64,000 nucleotides of DNA from Vampirovibrionaceae bacterium NZW_1234 (GCA_041697335.1 JBGUGD010000035.1:32001-96000), one strand, 5' to 3'; numbered from the stretch's first letter, positions 8,755-19,182 are shown. The notes: generated by a model not told the origin, from the sequence alone. Translations and numbers: made by a program.

Positions 8755-9996
8755 TCACTTAGCCTGTTTTGGAATCATACTGTATGACGCAGGGGTGATT
8801 AGATCGTCACAGAGAGCTCTTGGGCTGGCAAAAGAGGTGCCTTCCAAGGGGGGCAAGTAATCATCCGGCCGATAGAGACAGCCTTGTGCATCAATGGCAT
8901 AGACCGTAATCTCGGAGCTTAGGGGACGTAAACGGACATAAAGTTTGTTGTCTGCCTTGGCCGGTGTTTCTCCCTGCCATTGGCGATACAGGCGCATCGG
9001 GAAAATTACTTGAGATAAGGATGCTGGGAGAGGCCTCTGGGGATGACGAACCTTGGACTCCAGTAAAGGCAACTGACCTGGAACAGCCAAGTGTTGCGTA
9101 GCAGGCTGCCCCAAAAGCGAATCAGAAAGCATCGCCAAAGGGACATGTAACGGGGTAGGCCCCTCTATTACGAGACCTTTAAGCGTACTTCCCACCCAGT
9201 TCGAATGAATATCATAGACGCCCTGGGCATAGCGGCTCACCCATGCCGTCGGGGTCGAAAATGGTGCGAGTTTGTTTTGGCGAGTGTGTGCACCCACCGC
9301 TGTCACACCAGGAATCATCCCAAGCAAATTGGGGTCTCCGTCATTGCCAACAGCCGCATATATTTCAAGACCTTGTTTGATCAGGCGTTGCAAAGCATTA
9401 CAAATAGGCTGTAAATCACAAATCATGGCTTTTTTGTGTCTGAGGTTGGCCAGTTTTCTTTGTAAGCCGGACGTGGCTTTCTCTAGTTCTTCAAAGGAAA
9501 GCCTTTCACTTTGGTAACACTCTCCCAATTGTTTTTGAAGCGCTTTGAGCGTCGCCATAACGGTCGGCTTAGCTTGAGCCGCACGGGTCATCTGAGTGAT
9601 CCATTTCTCACGGATTTCTGAAGAGCTTCTAGAATGAAGAGCCAGGCCTGTAAGTTTGGCTAGTTGGGGCAAGGTCAAGGCAGTGGGTGAGAAAGACACG
9701 TTAATGACCCGAATGGGGAGACCTTGCCTTTGCCAAGCTTGGACTTGCTTGAGGCTGCGTATGGCCTGACGTGGAGATTGGTGAGCTTCCAGGAGGCGCA
9801 CATCTAAATCGGGACGCCAGTTTGAAATCATCTTCTGGATGACCTCTCCATGTGCTAGATCCGGTATGCCATCATTGTCTAAGTCAATGGACCGGGTACG
9901 GGCTTCGTCTAATACGACCACAATGGGTCTTGGAGTAGGCTGTGGCCCTTGTGATATAACGGACAGACTCATGAAAAACCTCAAATTTGAGGTCAT
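8755..9996 (-). CDS. Subtilisin-like (S8) serine protease, divergent
   Basis: VVVLD (Asp), HGEVI (His), AAVGNDG (oxyanion Asn) and GTSFASP (Ser). Confidence 0.7.
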   Translation of the reverse strand: MTSNLRFFMSLSVISQGPQPTPRPIVVVLDEARTRSIDLDNDGIPDLAHGEVIQKMISNWRPDLDVRLLEAHQSPRQAIRSLKQVQAWQRQGLPIRVINVSFSPTALTLPQLAKLTGLALHSRSSSEIREKWITQMTRAAQAKPTVMATLKALQKQLGECYQSERLSFEELEKATSGLQRKLANLRHKKAMICDLQPICNALQRLIKQGLEIYAAVGNDGDPNLLGMIPGVTAVGAHTRQNKLAPFSTPTAWVSRYAQGVYDIHSNWVGSTLKGLVIEGPTPLHVPLAMLSDSLLGQPATQHLAVPGQLPLLESKVRHPQRPLPASLSQVIFPMRLYRQWQGETPAKADNKLYVRLRPLSSEITVYAIDAQGCLYRPDDYLPPLEGTSFASPRALCDDLITPASYSMIPKQAK

Positions 9997-10197
9997 GATA
10001 GCAGAAGCCCTTGAGAGAGCCCAGAGAACGGATTAATCTATGCCGGTTCTAAGAGAAGGAGCCCTGGATGCCCGTAGGGGCAAAACGCTCTTGAAACCTT
10101 CCTGTTTCTTATATTTTAAGCGACACACGAAATGCTTTACCATACTGACCTGGGATGGTAAACTAAAGCTAATAGCAAATACGAGATTTACGTAAGC

Positions 10198-10222
10198 GGA
10201 CCCCACATTTGGGTCCTTTTTT
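10198..10222 (+). terminator. Intrinsic terminator-like hairpin
   Basis: GGACCC-cacattt-GGGTCC followed by T6. Confidence 0.5.
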
Positions 10223-10536
10223 ATGCCTTATAGATTTTGTTTCTGAGTTATTGACTGGTTGAATCAACTTTCATCTCTGAGAACCCTTATCCTTGATAGT
10301 CTTCTTACATCTAAAGCAAAATAGGCGTTTAAATCCGACCTTACAAGATGGATTCTCTACTTGTCCTTCAGTCCTCTCATCCATGAACTTTGGCTTGGTG
10401 ATACGCTCATTCTAGCCTTCTAAGTATTTGATTAAATTGAGACTCTTCTATTGAAGCAAGTGTGATATTGCATAGGTTGATTCAAAACAGTTGGATCATC
10501 CGGTTATTGAGCGCATATACGGCAATTTAAAAATTC

Positions 10537-10570
10537 ACTAGCACAAAACTTCTTAAGAATGTTTTTATAT
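10537..10570 (+). promoter_or_regulatory. Bipartite motif ACTAGCACAAA-N12-TGTTTTTATAT (copy 1)
   Basis: Both 11-mers and their spacing are identical to 14783-14816. Confidence 0.6.
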
Positions 10571-10650
10571 TTATACAAGGAATTCTTAAGGAAAGATTAA
10601 GGGTTCCCGGGGTATAGGCAAGACAAGATTCGTACGCTGGAGGTTCACGT

Positions 10651-10785
10651 ATGGGACACACTCACGATACCGCTCACTGGATTTCTCAATTCAATTCTCA
10701 GCAAGACACCGTTCAACGGGCCAAGTCCCTCGGGTTGACCGGCAGCGTGCAGACACAGATTTCTCAATGGATTAAAAAATCTTAG
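10651..10785 (+). CDS. 44-aa small protein (MGHTHDTAHWISQFNSQQ...WIKKS)
   Basis: GGAGG RBS 7 nt upstream; below the ORF-track cutoff; lies downstream of the bipartite motif. Confidence 0.5.
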   Translation: MGHTHDTAHWISQFNSQQDTVQRAKSLGLTGSVQTQISQWIKKS

Positions 10786-11032
10786 GGCAGGACATTTCTC
10801 GGGATTGAAATTGGCAGACGTATTGGGTTAGACACAGGACAATTGGACATTTCAAACAGGTTGGGACATAGGCTGCCCTTTGGACAAGGGCATATAACGA
10901 AACGTTAGACAGAAAGCACACACACATTTTGGGATAGAAAGACCGGATAAAATTGCGACTTACATTGGATGAGTTGTATTGGGTGGGTTGGGCATCGGTC
11001 TGAACCTATGGGCACCTTCGGGTGTGCATAGG
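10786..11032 (+). ncRNA. Candidate GGA-rich (Csr/Rsm-sponge-like) RNA or long 3' UTR
   Basis: Nine GGA trinucleotides in ~180 nt, one in a hairpin loop (TGCCCTT-TGGAC-AAGGGCA); ends in a C(UUCG)G hairpin at 11005-11032. Confidence 0.35.
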
Positions 11033-11176
11033 CCATGCTCATCCGGCAGCCGGGCAACCGGCACAGTTATCAGACAGGCCTGACCCATTTTTCTTGGTCG
11101 CGCCATCCGGGGCAGTATCGGATTTTATGCCGTTGCAATTTGTTGCAACGGCATTTTGGGGTCTTTTGCTTTAGGA

Positions 11177-12313
11177 TTAAAAGTCGTAATCACCAAAGCC
11201 ACTGCTGCCCACAAAGGGTGAAGGGCCTGAGTTGAAAGCATTATTGAGTCCACTCGTGGCGTTTCGGAAATTGATAGCGGCCAGCCGACTGCCGGTCGAG
11301 CTTCCACCATAAGGGCTACCGCCGCCATAGCCAAATCCGCCGGAGTAGCCGGTGCCATACCCCAAGGAGGCGGCACCGCCGAAACCATAACCGGTTGGCA
11401 TCATGTCGTTATAGCCATACCCCATTGGCGCAAAACTTTCATACCCCGGGGACATCATGGCGCCAAAGCCGGCATTCATCATGGGGCTTTGCGGAAACAT
11501 GGAGGCGCCGTAGCCAAGTGTTGTCGCAGGCGGATAGAGAAAACTAGGGGGCGGTGGTGGAGGCGGCATGGGCGGCAAGGGAGGCGGGGCGCCATAGCCG
11601 TAACCTTGATAGAATGACGGATCGGGTCCATAGGGTGCCATGCCAAAGCCGCTCATAGGGCCATAGGCTGGTGGCATCACGGTGTCGGCAAATCTTGCCG
11701 TTGCCGGTGATCCAAAGCCGGTATACTGTTGCGGTGCAAAACTGGCGCTGCCGTAATAGGGCATCGGTGACGGTGGGGGGGGCAAGGGGGGCGCATAGGT
11801 GGTAAACTGGCCACCGGTCCGCTGCATAAAATTCCAGTCGGGCTGGTTAAAATCCCGGTAGGTACTTTGAAAGGCGTTGTTGATCTGGTTGCTGGCGTAG
11901 CTCAGTGCCCGGTTGGCGATTTGGGCCGGATTGATGGCGGGCATCGTCGGGGGAGCCTGAGGCGGCATAAACGGCATGCCGCTTTGATAACCCGGAGAAA
12001 AGCCAGGCATGGCCGCCGGTTGGTTGAAGTAATTCATCGGCTGGGGTTGAAACGACGTGCCGCCAAACCCGGACATGGGGCCGGGAGGATAATAGTTGTT
12101 TTCAAAACTGCCAAAGTTATAGCTGTTAAATCCGCCGCCATAGGCCTGGGATGCCGGGTTTTGTGGGTAAAATCCATCGATACCGGTGTTGTAACTCCGA
12201 GATGCCGGAACACTGAAGGCTCCCGGCTGGGGGGTGAAATCAACGCCCTGGGCGACAACAGCAGAGACCTGACTGCCGAGATTGCCAAGCATCGTATACG
12301 GATTCAGTTGCAT
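11177..12313 (-). CDS. Low-complexity Pro/Gly/Tyr/Phe/Met-rich protein
   Basis: 378-aa ORF with RBS, poly-Pro tracts and GYG repeats; no Lys and few acidic residues. Confidence 0.65.
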   Translation of the reverse strand: MQLNPYTMLGNLGSQVSAVVAQGVDFTPQPGAFSVPASRSYNTGIDGFYPQNPASQAYGGGFNSYNFGSFENNYYPPGPMSGFGGTSFQPQPMNYFNQPAAMPGFSPGYQSGMPFMPPQAPPTMPAINPAQIANRALSYASNQINNAFQSTYRDFNQPDWNFMQRTGGQFTTYAPPLPPPPSPMPYYGSASFAPQQYTGFGSPATARFADTVMPPAYGPMSGFGMAPYGPDPSFYQGYGYGAPPPLPPMPPPPPPPSFLYPPATTLGYGASMFPQSPMMNAGFGAMMSPGYESFAPMGYGYNDMMPTGYGFGGAASLGYGTGYSGGFGYGGGSPYGGSSTGSRLAAINFRNATSGLNNAFNSGPSPFVGSSGFGDYDF

Positions 12314-12379
12314 GAGGGGGAGTCTCCTCTTCTCGTGTGATGAGTTGGCCCCTTCCAGACCAATTCCGGAAAGCCTGAC

Positions 12380-12685
12380 CTAAGGTCGGCCGAGGGGCTG
12401 ACGAACCAGAAACGCCGTCTGGTTGTTGCGCGGATGATACACCGCGTCAAGGCGGAGGTTGGGGGATTCGTCCAACAGGGTCAAATCCAATGAAGGCAGC
12501 CGATAGAGACTTTCCAGCGATTGCCGGGTTTGATCCGGCTCCGGTTGGTCACTGATTTGCTCGGTATGCCCACTCGCGTCCACCACAACCAAACGCTTGG
12601 GGGGGTGGCATTGGGTTTGTCTCCGGATGAAATCCGCCATAAGGCTCCTCTGATTGCTGTCTGAGATGTCGAACAAGAATCCCAA
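12380..12685 (-). CDS. Hypothetical protein
   Basis: ORF co-oriented with and upstream of 11177-12313. Confidence 0.45.
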   Translation of the reverse strand: MGFLFDISDSNQRSLMADFIRRQTQCHPPKRLVVVDASGHTEQISDQPEPDQTRQSLESLYRLPSLDLTLLDESPNLRLDAVYHPRNNQTAFLVRQPLGRP

Positions 12686-13122
12686 TGCCTTGAGGGCATG
12701 CCCATGGATTGTTACAAATCGTGATATTTCTCCCGCTGTTCTTAATTGCTAATGACGTCATGATTATTCTTTTTTGCCTGAAACCCATTTAAGAAAATCC
12801 ATAATCTGCTTAGCCTTCTATATACGCAGTAATCTGTCATTGCAAAGAGTATTCGAAGCGTCCTATTAATATTAGAAGCCTCTGACCTCGTGTTAAAGAC
12901 TATTGCCACTAATGTTTTACAAAATTAAGTTTTTATGGGTCTAATTTTTATGCAAACTCCAGACTTGTTGGTTACTAGCAAATTTAGCTCGTTGAATAAC
13001 AACAAGTAGATTATCTGTGGCTCAGCCAAGTAAATGAGAGATAGGGTAGATTTCTACAAATTATGTGCATAAGGGTCGACACAGCGATTGAGAAGGACAA
13101 GAAAGTAGAGGACTTATCTCAT

Positions 13123-13299
13123 ATGACTTATCCACTTGGTTTTAATCGTTTTGCTGAACTTAGCCAAACTATACCCGGCTTTGGCTTCCGACCCGCCGTG
13201 GCAAACGGTGTAGTCTCACCTATTGGAAGCCCGAATCCCGGCGCATTACTTTTTGGCCAGAATCCACCTCAGGAACCTAAGCCAATAGTTATTGCTTAG
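13123..13299 (+). CDS. Small hypothetical protein (FNRFA, LLFG motifs)
   Basis: AGAGGA RBS; followed by a hairpin at ~13319-13362. Confidence 0.45.
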   Translation: MTYPLGFNRFAELSQTIPGFGFRPAVANGVVSPIGSPNPGALLFGQNPPQEPKPIVIA

Positions 13300-13470
13300 A
13301 CATTCTCATTTCGCATACTGCCCCTCTACCAAAGAACCTTAAGGTCTCATGGTAGGGGGGCAATAGTTTAAAGATGGGAAGTTTTTCCTAGCACAGGGTT
13401 GGGTTGAGGGGGGTTTATAGGGGTACTAGAGCACCGATGCCCACAATGATGATGATTCGATAGGAGTATA

Positions 13471-13839
13471 TTGACGATGGATTCCGTGAAATTGCGTTTT
13501 CCTTCCCCTGTGTCGGCTCAACCGTTGCGCATTCTGCCGGGAGGATGCACGGGCCCATCCAACCAAATTTTACCGAGAAGTGATCGGACATATTATCAGG
13601 AGATGTTTGACACCGCTGTCACCGATCCCAGGAAGGCCGCAATCGGCCAATATGTAAAAACCGAGGTGCCCGGTCAGGGCTGGGTCCTTCGTAAAAAGGG
13701 CGTGCTTGGTGGCGGCACAATTTTGATTAAGCCGGATGGGAGCGTATCGTCCAAGCCCGTGATTTATGGGGCCGAGTACCGGGAGATTCTAGGCCCGGGA
13801 AGTGTCAACCCACGCCGAAAGCTGATTTACTATATTTAG
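13471..13839 (+). CDS. Hypothetical protein (N-terminal LRF motif)
   Basis: AGGAG RBS; terminator downstream. Confidence 0.55.
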   Translation: MTMDSVKLRFPSPVSAQPLRILPGGCTGPSNQILPRSDRTYYQEMFDTAVTDPRKAAIGQYVKTEVPGQGWVLRKKGVLGGGTILIKPDGSVSSKPVIYGAEYREILGPGSVNPRRKLIYYI

Positions 13840-13900
13840 AAATTTTATCAACTTACAATTCACACCATAACCCACACCATACCACACACCAACCCTAACT

Positions 13901-13934
13901 ACTCAGCTGATGCCCTTGCATAGCTGAGTTTTTT
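13901..13934 (+). terminator. Intrinsic terminator
   Basis: ACTCAGCT...AGCTGAGT followed by a T-run. Confidence 0.6.
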
Positions 13935-14016
13935 GTGACAAAAAGCACATCGCCCGCTTAACGCAGCTCGTGCATTTCGGGCGATGGCGTCCCTGTTGGT
14001 TAGAGAACAGGTTGGG

Positions 14017-14526
14017 TTAGGGTGTTTGTGTGGGTGCGCTTTGCTGCAAGCGTTGACGTCGTTGAGCCATTTGATGCAGACGTTGTGTTTGCAGCGATGA
14101 CAGCTTCTGGAGCTGTTCCTGGGTCAGAATTTCTCGGATCTGGAACATGCCTTTCAACTGTTCTTCGGCAATGGATTGCTGTAGGCGTTCAATGTCCCGC
14201 TGACGGGTTAGAGCTTCATTCTCCTGGGCATTCGGTGTGGCCATGTATTCGACCAGGCTTTGACGCTTGACCATGGCTTCCTGGACCAGCGGTTGGACTT
14301 TTGTACGGGTTTGAAGCCGCAGGGTTTCCACCTGTTTTTTCTGGGTGGGTGTCAGGTTTATTTGGCTGACCAGGTCTTCTTTCCCCAAAGTGGGCTCTAC
14401 CGAATGGTTAAGGGCTTGTGGGGGAATTGAGGCACTGGGCTGCTCGGTGGGCGCTGCCGTGCACAGGGCCGACGTTAAAATTAGCGAAGCGGATAGGACG
14501 GATAAGGTTTTTGAGATAACGGACAT
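14017..14526 (-). CDS. Spy/CpxP-family periplasmic chaperone (LTXXQ motifs)
   Basis: Signal peptide plus LTPTQ and LTQEQ motifs flanking a helical hairpin. Confidence 0.75.
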   Translation of the reverse strand: MSVISKTLSVLSASLILTSALCTAAPTEQPSASIPPQALNHSVEPTLGKEDLVSQINLTPTQKKQVETLRLQTRTKVQPLVQEAMVKRQSLVEYMATPNAQENEALTRQRDIERLQQSIAEEQLKGMFQIREILTQEQLQKLSSLQTQRLHQMAQRRQRLQQSAPTQTP

Positions 14527-14782
14527 AATGCTGACCTCCAAGGTTGCTACATAACATAGGCTGGATGCGATTTGTGGACGGTTGGTTCTGGGTTGCATCA
14601 GGTTTTACTGTCTTTGAGGCCAATTGTCAATCTATTAAGGTAGGCGATTCAACTCATCTTGACTTTCGAGTAAGGCGCGTGTCCGGGGTTGGCATGAGGT
14701 TGCTCATAGCTGAGGCTCGAAACCCTTTCCAGGCAGGCTGACTGGCAACCTGTCCTAGGTCATTCAGATGAATTTCAGCTTT

Positions 14783-14816
14783 ACTAGCACAAAGTTTAAA
14801 AAAATTGTTTTTATAT
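14783..14816 (+). promoter_or_regulatory. Bipartite motif ACTAGCACAAA-N12-TGTTTTTATAT (copy 2)
   Basis: Lies 46 nt upstream of the 14863 ATG. Confidence 0.6.
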
Positions 14817-14862
14817 ACATGGGTTTTTTATCTGTGGACAAGACATAGGTCTGGAGTGTTGC

Positions 14863-16887
14863 ATGGAATTACGCCGCTTTAACGAGCAGCAGGTGAATAG
14901 CCAATTGGATAATTCCGCCGCCGCGAAATTAGAATCGCCGGATATGGCTCGGAATTGGCTGGCTGGCGATGCGCAACCTCAAGTGTCTCAATCCAATGAA
15001 CCCACTCAGTTTCAGCTCTGGGCCGATGCTGCCCAGAAGCAGGAAGCCGCTCGCCAGCAAGAAATGCTCCAGCAGCAGCAAGCGTTGGCATTGCAGAAGA
15101 AAGCGGCTCAACAGCAGCCCAAGTTTAACACATCGAAAACCACCCAGTTCCAACTGGCGCAGTCTTTTGACTGGCAGGTGTACAGCCGCCAGACGATGGA
15201 GTCTGCCCGCAGAGAAACCCAACGCTATACGAGAGTCAGAAAACAAGTGATGGAACAGCCCAGCGAAGGCACCATGCAACAGGTGTCCGCTCGGGTGCAG
15301 GCAGAAAAACCCGGTCGCTTTTTCCAGCGCAAGCGCCGTGAAGCGACGGATACACCCAGAGAGGGTCGAACCTGGGGTATTTTTGGGCCTCGCCGGAGTA
15401 AGCCGATGCCCGAAGAAGAGCGTCAGCCTCAAGGGCCCCGGATGCGTCGTAGCACTCGGGAGTTTTTGGCGGATAGACCCATGGTGCAACGCCCCAGCCG
15501 TCGTATGGATGATGGGATGTCAATCTCGATTGATGGGGCTTCCAAGCGTGCAACTCGCCGGGAAATGCGCCGCTCTGATACGATGAGCCGTCCTTCCTCT
15601 CCCTGGGCTACCCGCCGGACGGACTGGACCCGTCGCGAGAGTGATATGTCCGGTCGACGCAAAGAATTCTCCGGTCTGCGTCGTGAAGGTTCCGGTACTG
15701 CTGGAATGGGGCGACGTGATGTTTCTCGATTCGAGAAGCCTTGGGCAACCAAAAAAGGCACCAAAGGTGATGTTCGTCGGACCGTAGAGCGCTTCGACCT
15801 GGCTGCCAAAGAAAACGACAAGGCCCGCAAGGCTGCCATGAAAGAATGGGAAAGATCGGCCAGCAGAAACCGTTCCAACCGTGATCGCTCCATTGCCACC
15901 AGTATTGCCCGGGCCATTAGCAGTGTGAACATCAGTGCCGGATTTGCGGCCATTGAAAGTGGCTTGATGGCCTTGTCCATGACCCAGGCCTTTTTACCGG
16001 AATTCCGTCAGAACTTTTCGAGAAACGCCTTTGCAGCACTTTTTAGTAAGTATATGTATTTAACTCGTCTCCAGGAAGCTGCCGGAGAGGCGATGGAATT
16101 TTTGGTTCGCCAACGCGAAGCCATGTCGTCCCGCCTGGAATTCAACCCGGACGATGATGATTTACGGGATCGTATTGGCCTGATGGAAATTTTTATTGAT
16201 CGCCAGTATGGCCGGTATTTGGGCCTGGGAGCGGCGATTCGTAAAGGGGTTATGGCACCTTTAGCCAGTTTGTTGGCTGGGTTCAGAGACAACATGTGGC
16301 GGATTCGCTTCCGTAACCCGGCCTGGTTGGCTCGTTTACGCAGTGCCAATATGATGGCCGCATCACTCCGGGGTCGTCTGCAAGGTCGTTTAATGCAATT
16401 GAATTTTGGCTTGGCAGCCATTTCTTCCAAGGGCCTGAAGGCTCAGTTGAGTGGTCAGCTTGGTCGCTTCCAGGGGGCTATTGGCCGTCTGTCTCGTGTC
16501 TTGGGTAACCTGGAGAGCCGTCCAACCAATATGACCAAGAAGGAGCGACTCAAGGGCGGCCTGATGGATTTCAGTCGTCTGGCACGACGCCTGGAAACCA
16601 AGCTGTTTACCGGTGGCCCCAAGAAGAAAAACCTGGAGCGCTTCAAAAAGACCAAACGTCTGGCCGAAAAAGATTCCCGCCTGAATATGCTGGACTCTCG
16701 GAAAAACAGCAGTGAGACTTCGGGATATGGATCGACCTACACCGGCAAAATGACGATGCCTAAGAATGGCATTGCCGGTCCTCGTCCCTTGAGCCCGACC
16801 TTTATGGTTGCTCAGCCCGGTGTGAACCCCCTGGCATTTGAAGATCGCACCCCGGACCGGAAGACCAAGAAACAGGCTGAAATCTAG
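14863..16887 (+). CDS. Large Arg/Gln-rich hypothetical protein
   Basis: 674-aa ORF with a Gln-rich N-terminus, a very basic disordered middle and a helical C-terminal half. Confidence 0.7.
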   Translation: MELRRFNEQQVNSQLDNSAAAKLESPDMARNWLAGDAQPQVSQSNEPTQFQLWADAAQKQEAARQQEMLQQQQALALQKKAAQQQPKFNTSKTTQFQLAQSFDWQVYSRQTMESARRETQRYTRVRKQVMEQPSEGTMQQVSARVQAEKPGRFFQRKRREATDTPREGRTWGIFGPRRSKPMPEEERQPQGPRMRRSTREFLADRPMVQRPSRRMDDGMSISIDGASKRATRREMRRSDTMSRPSSPWATRRTDWTRRESDMSGRRKEFSGLRREGSGTAGMGRRDVSRFEKPWATKKGTKGDVRRTVERFDLAAKENDKARKAAMKEWERSASRNRSNRDRSIATSIARAISSVNISAGFAAIESGLMALSMTQAFLPEFRQNFSRNAFAALFSKYMYLTRLQEAAGEAMEFLVRQREAMSSRLEFNPDDDDLRDRIGLMEIFIDRQYGRYLGLGAAIRKGVMAPLASLLAGFRDNMWRIRFRNPAWLARLRSANMMAASLRGRLQGRLMQLNFGLAAISSKGLKAQLSGQLGRFQGAIGRLSRVLGNLESRPTNMTKKERLKGGLMDFSRLARRLETKLFTGGPKKKNLERFKKTKRLAEKDSRLNMLDSRKNSSETSGYGSTYTGKMTMPKNGIAGPRPLSPTFMVAQPGVNPLAFEDRTPDRKTKKQAEI

Positions 16888-17298
16888 ATTCCATACAATT
16901 ATTCAGGCTTTATTAAACTTGGCTGGGACATATCAAAAATTCCAGCGCCATGGTTTCTATACATATAGACAGACGGAAAGAATACACCAGAGGCGCAACG
17001 CACCCCCACCTGCTACCAAAGGTGTACTGTGGAGATAGACTGTCGTGATCTGTTTGTTGGCAGCGGCAACGCCAGCACTATTTTAGGCTGATCGATTTCT
17101 CTTCTAATTATTTCTCTCTCTAATTTCTCTCTTTATTTGTTCCTTCACACAATCCTGCATCTTCTCTCTCCCCCCTCATCTTCTCTTTTTCGGGTTTGGG
17201 TTATGGTACAAGCAGTACAACAAGATAAACCGGCTCTCTGTAGAACACAGGCTTATTGGCATTCAAGCGAATTCAAGGTCACGTTGCTGGAATTTCTT

Positions 17299-17775
17299 TT
17301 ACTGTCCGAACATGGCAGCAATGGGAACGACGCGTCCCAGAAAAAACAGCAATAATGGAAAACCGGATACCAGAATCAGCACCAGAATGGTGGTGGAAAC
17401 CACGTTCTTGGAACTGCCGGCTCCGATGGCAACCCCGGAGGGTTCAATGTCGATGAGCTCGGGTGGCAGTTCATGTGAGGGGCGCTGGTCGTCCTCGTCG
17501 GCTTCTTCCAGGTTGGCTTGCTTAATCAGGCCAACCAGGCTGTAGGCAAACAGGGTCACAAAGACTAGAGGCAGCCCCATTACCACGGGATGCATCTGGC
17601 CATGACCGCCTAGGACAGAGGTGACGGTAAAGATGGCCCACAGCACCAGGCTGAGGGCGGAAAATACAAAACAGGGAATCAGATAAGGTTTTGGCATTGC
17701 CGAGATTCTCTCCTCCCCACGAGGGACATCGTCACGTACGTGATACCGGCGGGCGGGGATGTGCTTTGGAAACAC
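17299..17775 (-). CDS. Small membrane protein
   Basis: Three hydrophobic segments; true start probably MPKPY. Confidence 0.55.
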   Translation of the reverse strand: MFPKHIPARRYHVRDDVPRGEERISAMPKPYLIPCFVFSALSLVLWAIFTVTSVLGGHGQMHPVVMGLPLVFVTLFAYSLVGLIKQANLEEADEDDQRPSHELPPELIDIEPSGVAIGAGSSKNVVSTTILVLILVSGFPLLLFFLGRVVPIAAMFGQ

Positions 17776-17793
17776 GCGCCCATGCCTTACTAG

Positions 17794-18201
17794 TTATCGT
17801 ACCGAAAATAGCAAAAATCTCAACGGCGAATCTTCATCCTCTGGATCCGTGGGTTGTGCTGCGTCCAGAATACAGGTACAGGCTCCACAAATGAGCGTAT
17901 GGGCTGTATAAATCCCATGAGAACACCGGCGGCAGGTACCCTCTCCGGAAGCGCCTTCGGCCAGCCAGAGGCGAATAAACGCGCGAATCAAAACCGGTGA
18001 AATCCCATATTTTTGGGCCAGTTGCTCCAGCTGTTGCTTGTGGAGGCGGTTTAAGGGCGGCTTGCCGGAGTCGACCAACTCGTGTTTGAGGGTCGGGTAG
18101 ATGCGATCGAGCTTTAAAATGCAATGAAAACAAAGACGGTTCAGCCGCCCGGAGTGATGGGAGCGAAAGCTTTGCTGGCAATGTTCACAGCGTCGATACA
18201 T
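17794..18201 (-). CDS. Cys-rich Zn-finger/HTH protein (YvyF-like architecture)
   Basis: Pairs of CxxC motifs at both ends flanking an HTH-like segment (LAQKYGISPVLIRAFI). Confidence 0.5.
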   Translation of the reverse strand: MYRRCEHCQQSFRSHHSGRLNRLCFHCILKLDRIYPTLKHELVDSGKPPLNRLHKQQLEQLAQKYGISPVLIRAFIRLWLAEGASGEGTCRRCSHGIYTAHTLICGACTCILDAAQPTDPEDEDSPLRFLLFSVR

Positions 18202-18486
18202 ATGTCCACCCTGAGAGGCTCTCCCATGTTGCACGACGCTGCCCAAAGACCATCACAACGTCCCCGTCGGGGCGGGTGGGGCCAGCGGCAGCATCGCACT
18301 TTTGACGTATCGGATCATCCGAATTGGACTGAAGGGGGACTGTCGGGAACATTAAGTGAATTGTTACAGCGAGAGGCAATTTCCCGTTGGGACGGGTTTT
18401 ATTGAATCACCCACCTGTGCCGGATGGCAGAAGTCTGCGTTACCATCCGTGCTTGCCTGTATTCTTGATTGTAGGAGAACCCCTCT

Positions 18487-19140
18487 ATGTCCAAGCTTTC
18501 TGCTGCTTCCGTCGCTGTGTCCACTGGGAGTCCCCGTTTTGGCGCTTTCCAGAAAACCGAGCACTTCAGCCGAGGTTCGGGGGCGTCTGAATATGTGTAT
18601 GCAAAATTCACCATGGATAACCCGAAAGCCGATCGGGCGGTGATTGCACCCTTGAATGACGGCCACTGGACTGTAGGCGATGAGGTTGTCATCCATTATC
18701 AGCCGGGTCGCTCGGAGCAGGATCGCCGTTTGACATATGAATCGAACTTTTATAGTGATACCGAAGGTCAAGTACTCCATACGTTTTCGCCCAAAACCCG
18801 TGAACAGTTTGTGGCATTGCTTCGGGTGGTTTCCGATTTGCCGGATAGCGACAGCTTGAAGCGTCAACTTCAGAATGCCTTGACTGAGCAATACCGCGTG
18901 GTGAAAGCCAAAGCCGCTTTGAAGGCTGAGGCGACCCGCAAGCGTCTTCTGGGGACCTTTGAAGGGGTGGCGACGCTTCTGGACAAAGCGGGAGAACGGG
19001 AGAATTTGAGAACCGCCTTGGCGGATCTGCGCTCTGGCAATTCAGAGACCGAAGCCGTACAGAAAGCCCGCGGGTTTGTTCAGCTTCTGGGTCGTGAAGC
19101 TCAGCGGCTGCTTAAACTCGGCCCCGAAGAGCTCGAGTAG
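18487..19140 (+). CDS. Hypothetical protein (N-terminal SPRFG motif)
   Basis: AGGAG RBS; Ser/Ala-rich leader ending in PRFG. Confidence 0.65.
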   Translation: MSKLSAASVAVSTGSPRFGAFQKTEHFSRGSGASEYVYAKFTMDNPKADRAVIAPLNDGHWTVGDEVVIHYQPGRSEQDRRLTYESNFYSDTEGQVLHTFSPKTREQFVALLRVVSDLPDSDSLKRQLQNALTEQYRVVKAKAALKAEATRKRLLGTFEGVATLLDKAGERENLRTALADLRSGNSETEAVQKARGFVQLLGREAQRLLKLGPEELE

Positions 19141-19182
19141 GTTGACCCCTTTATTTTTCTCTTTTCGGGTCGATAAATCCAT

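Noticed and set aside
13860..13900. CA-rich tract (CACACCATA repeats)
   Set aside because: Short low-complexity 3' UTR sequence before a terminator, with no supportable function.
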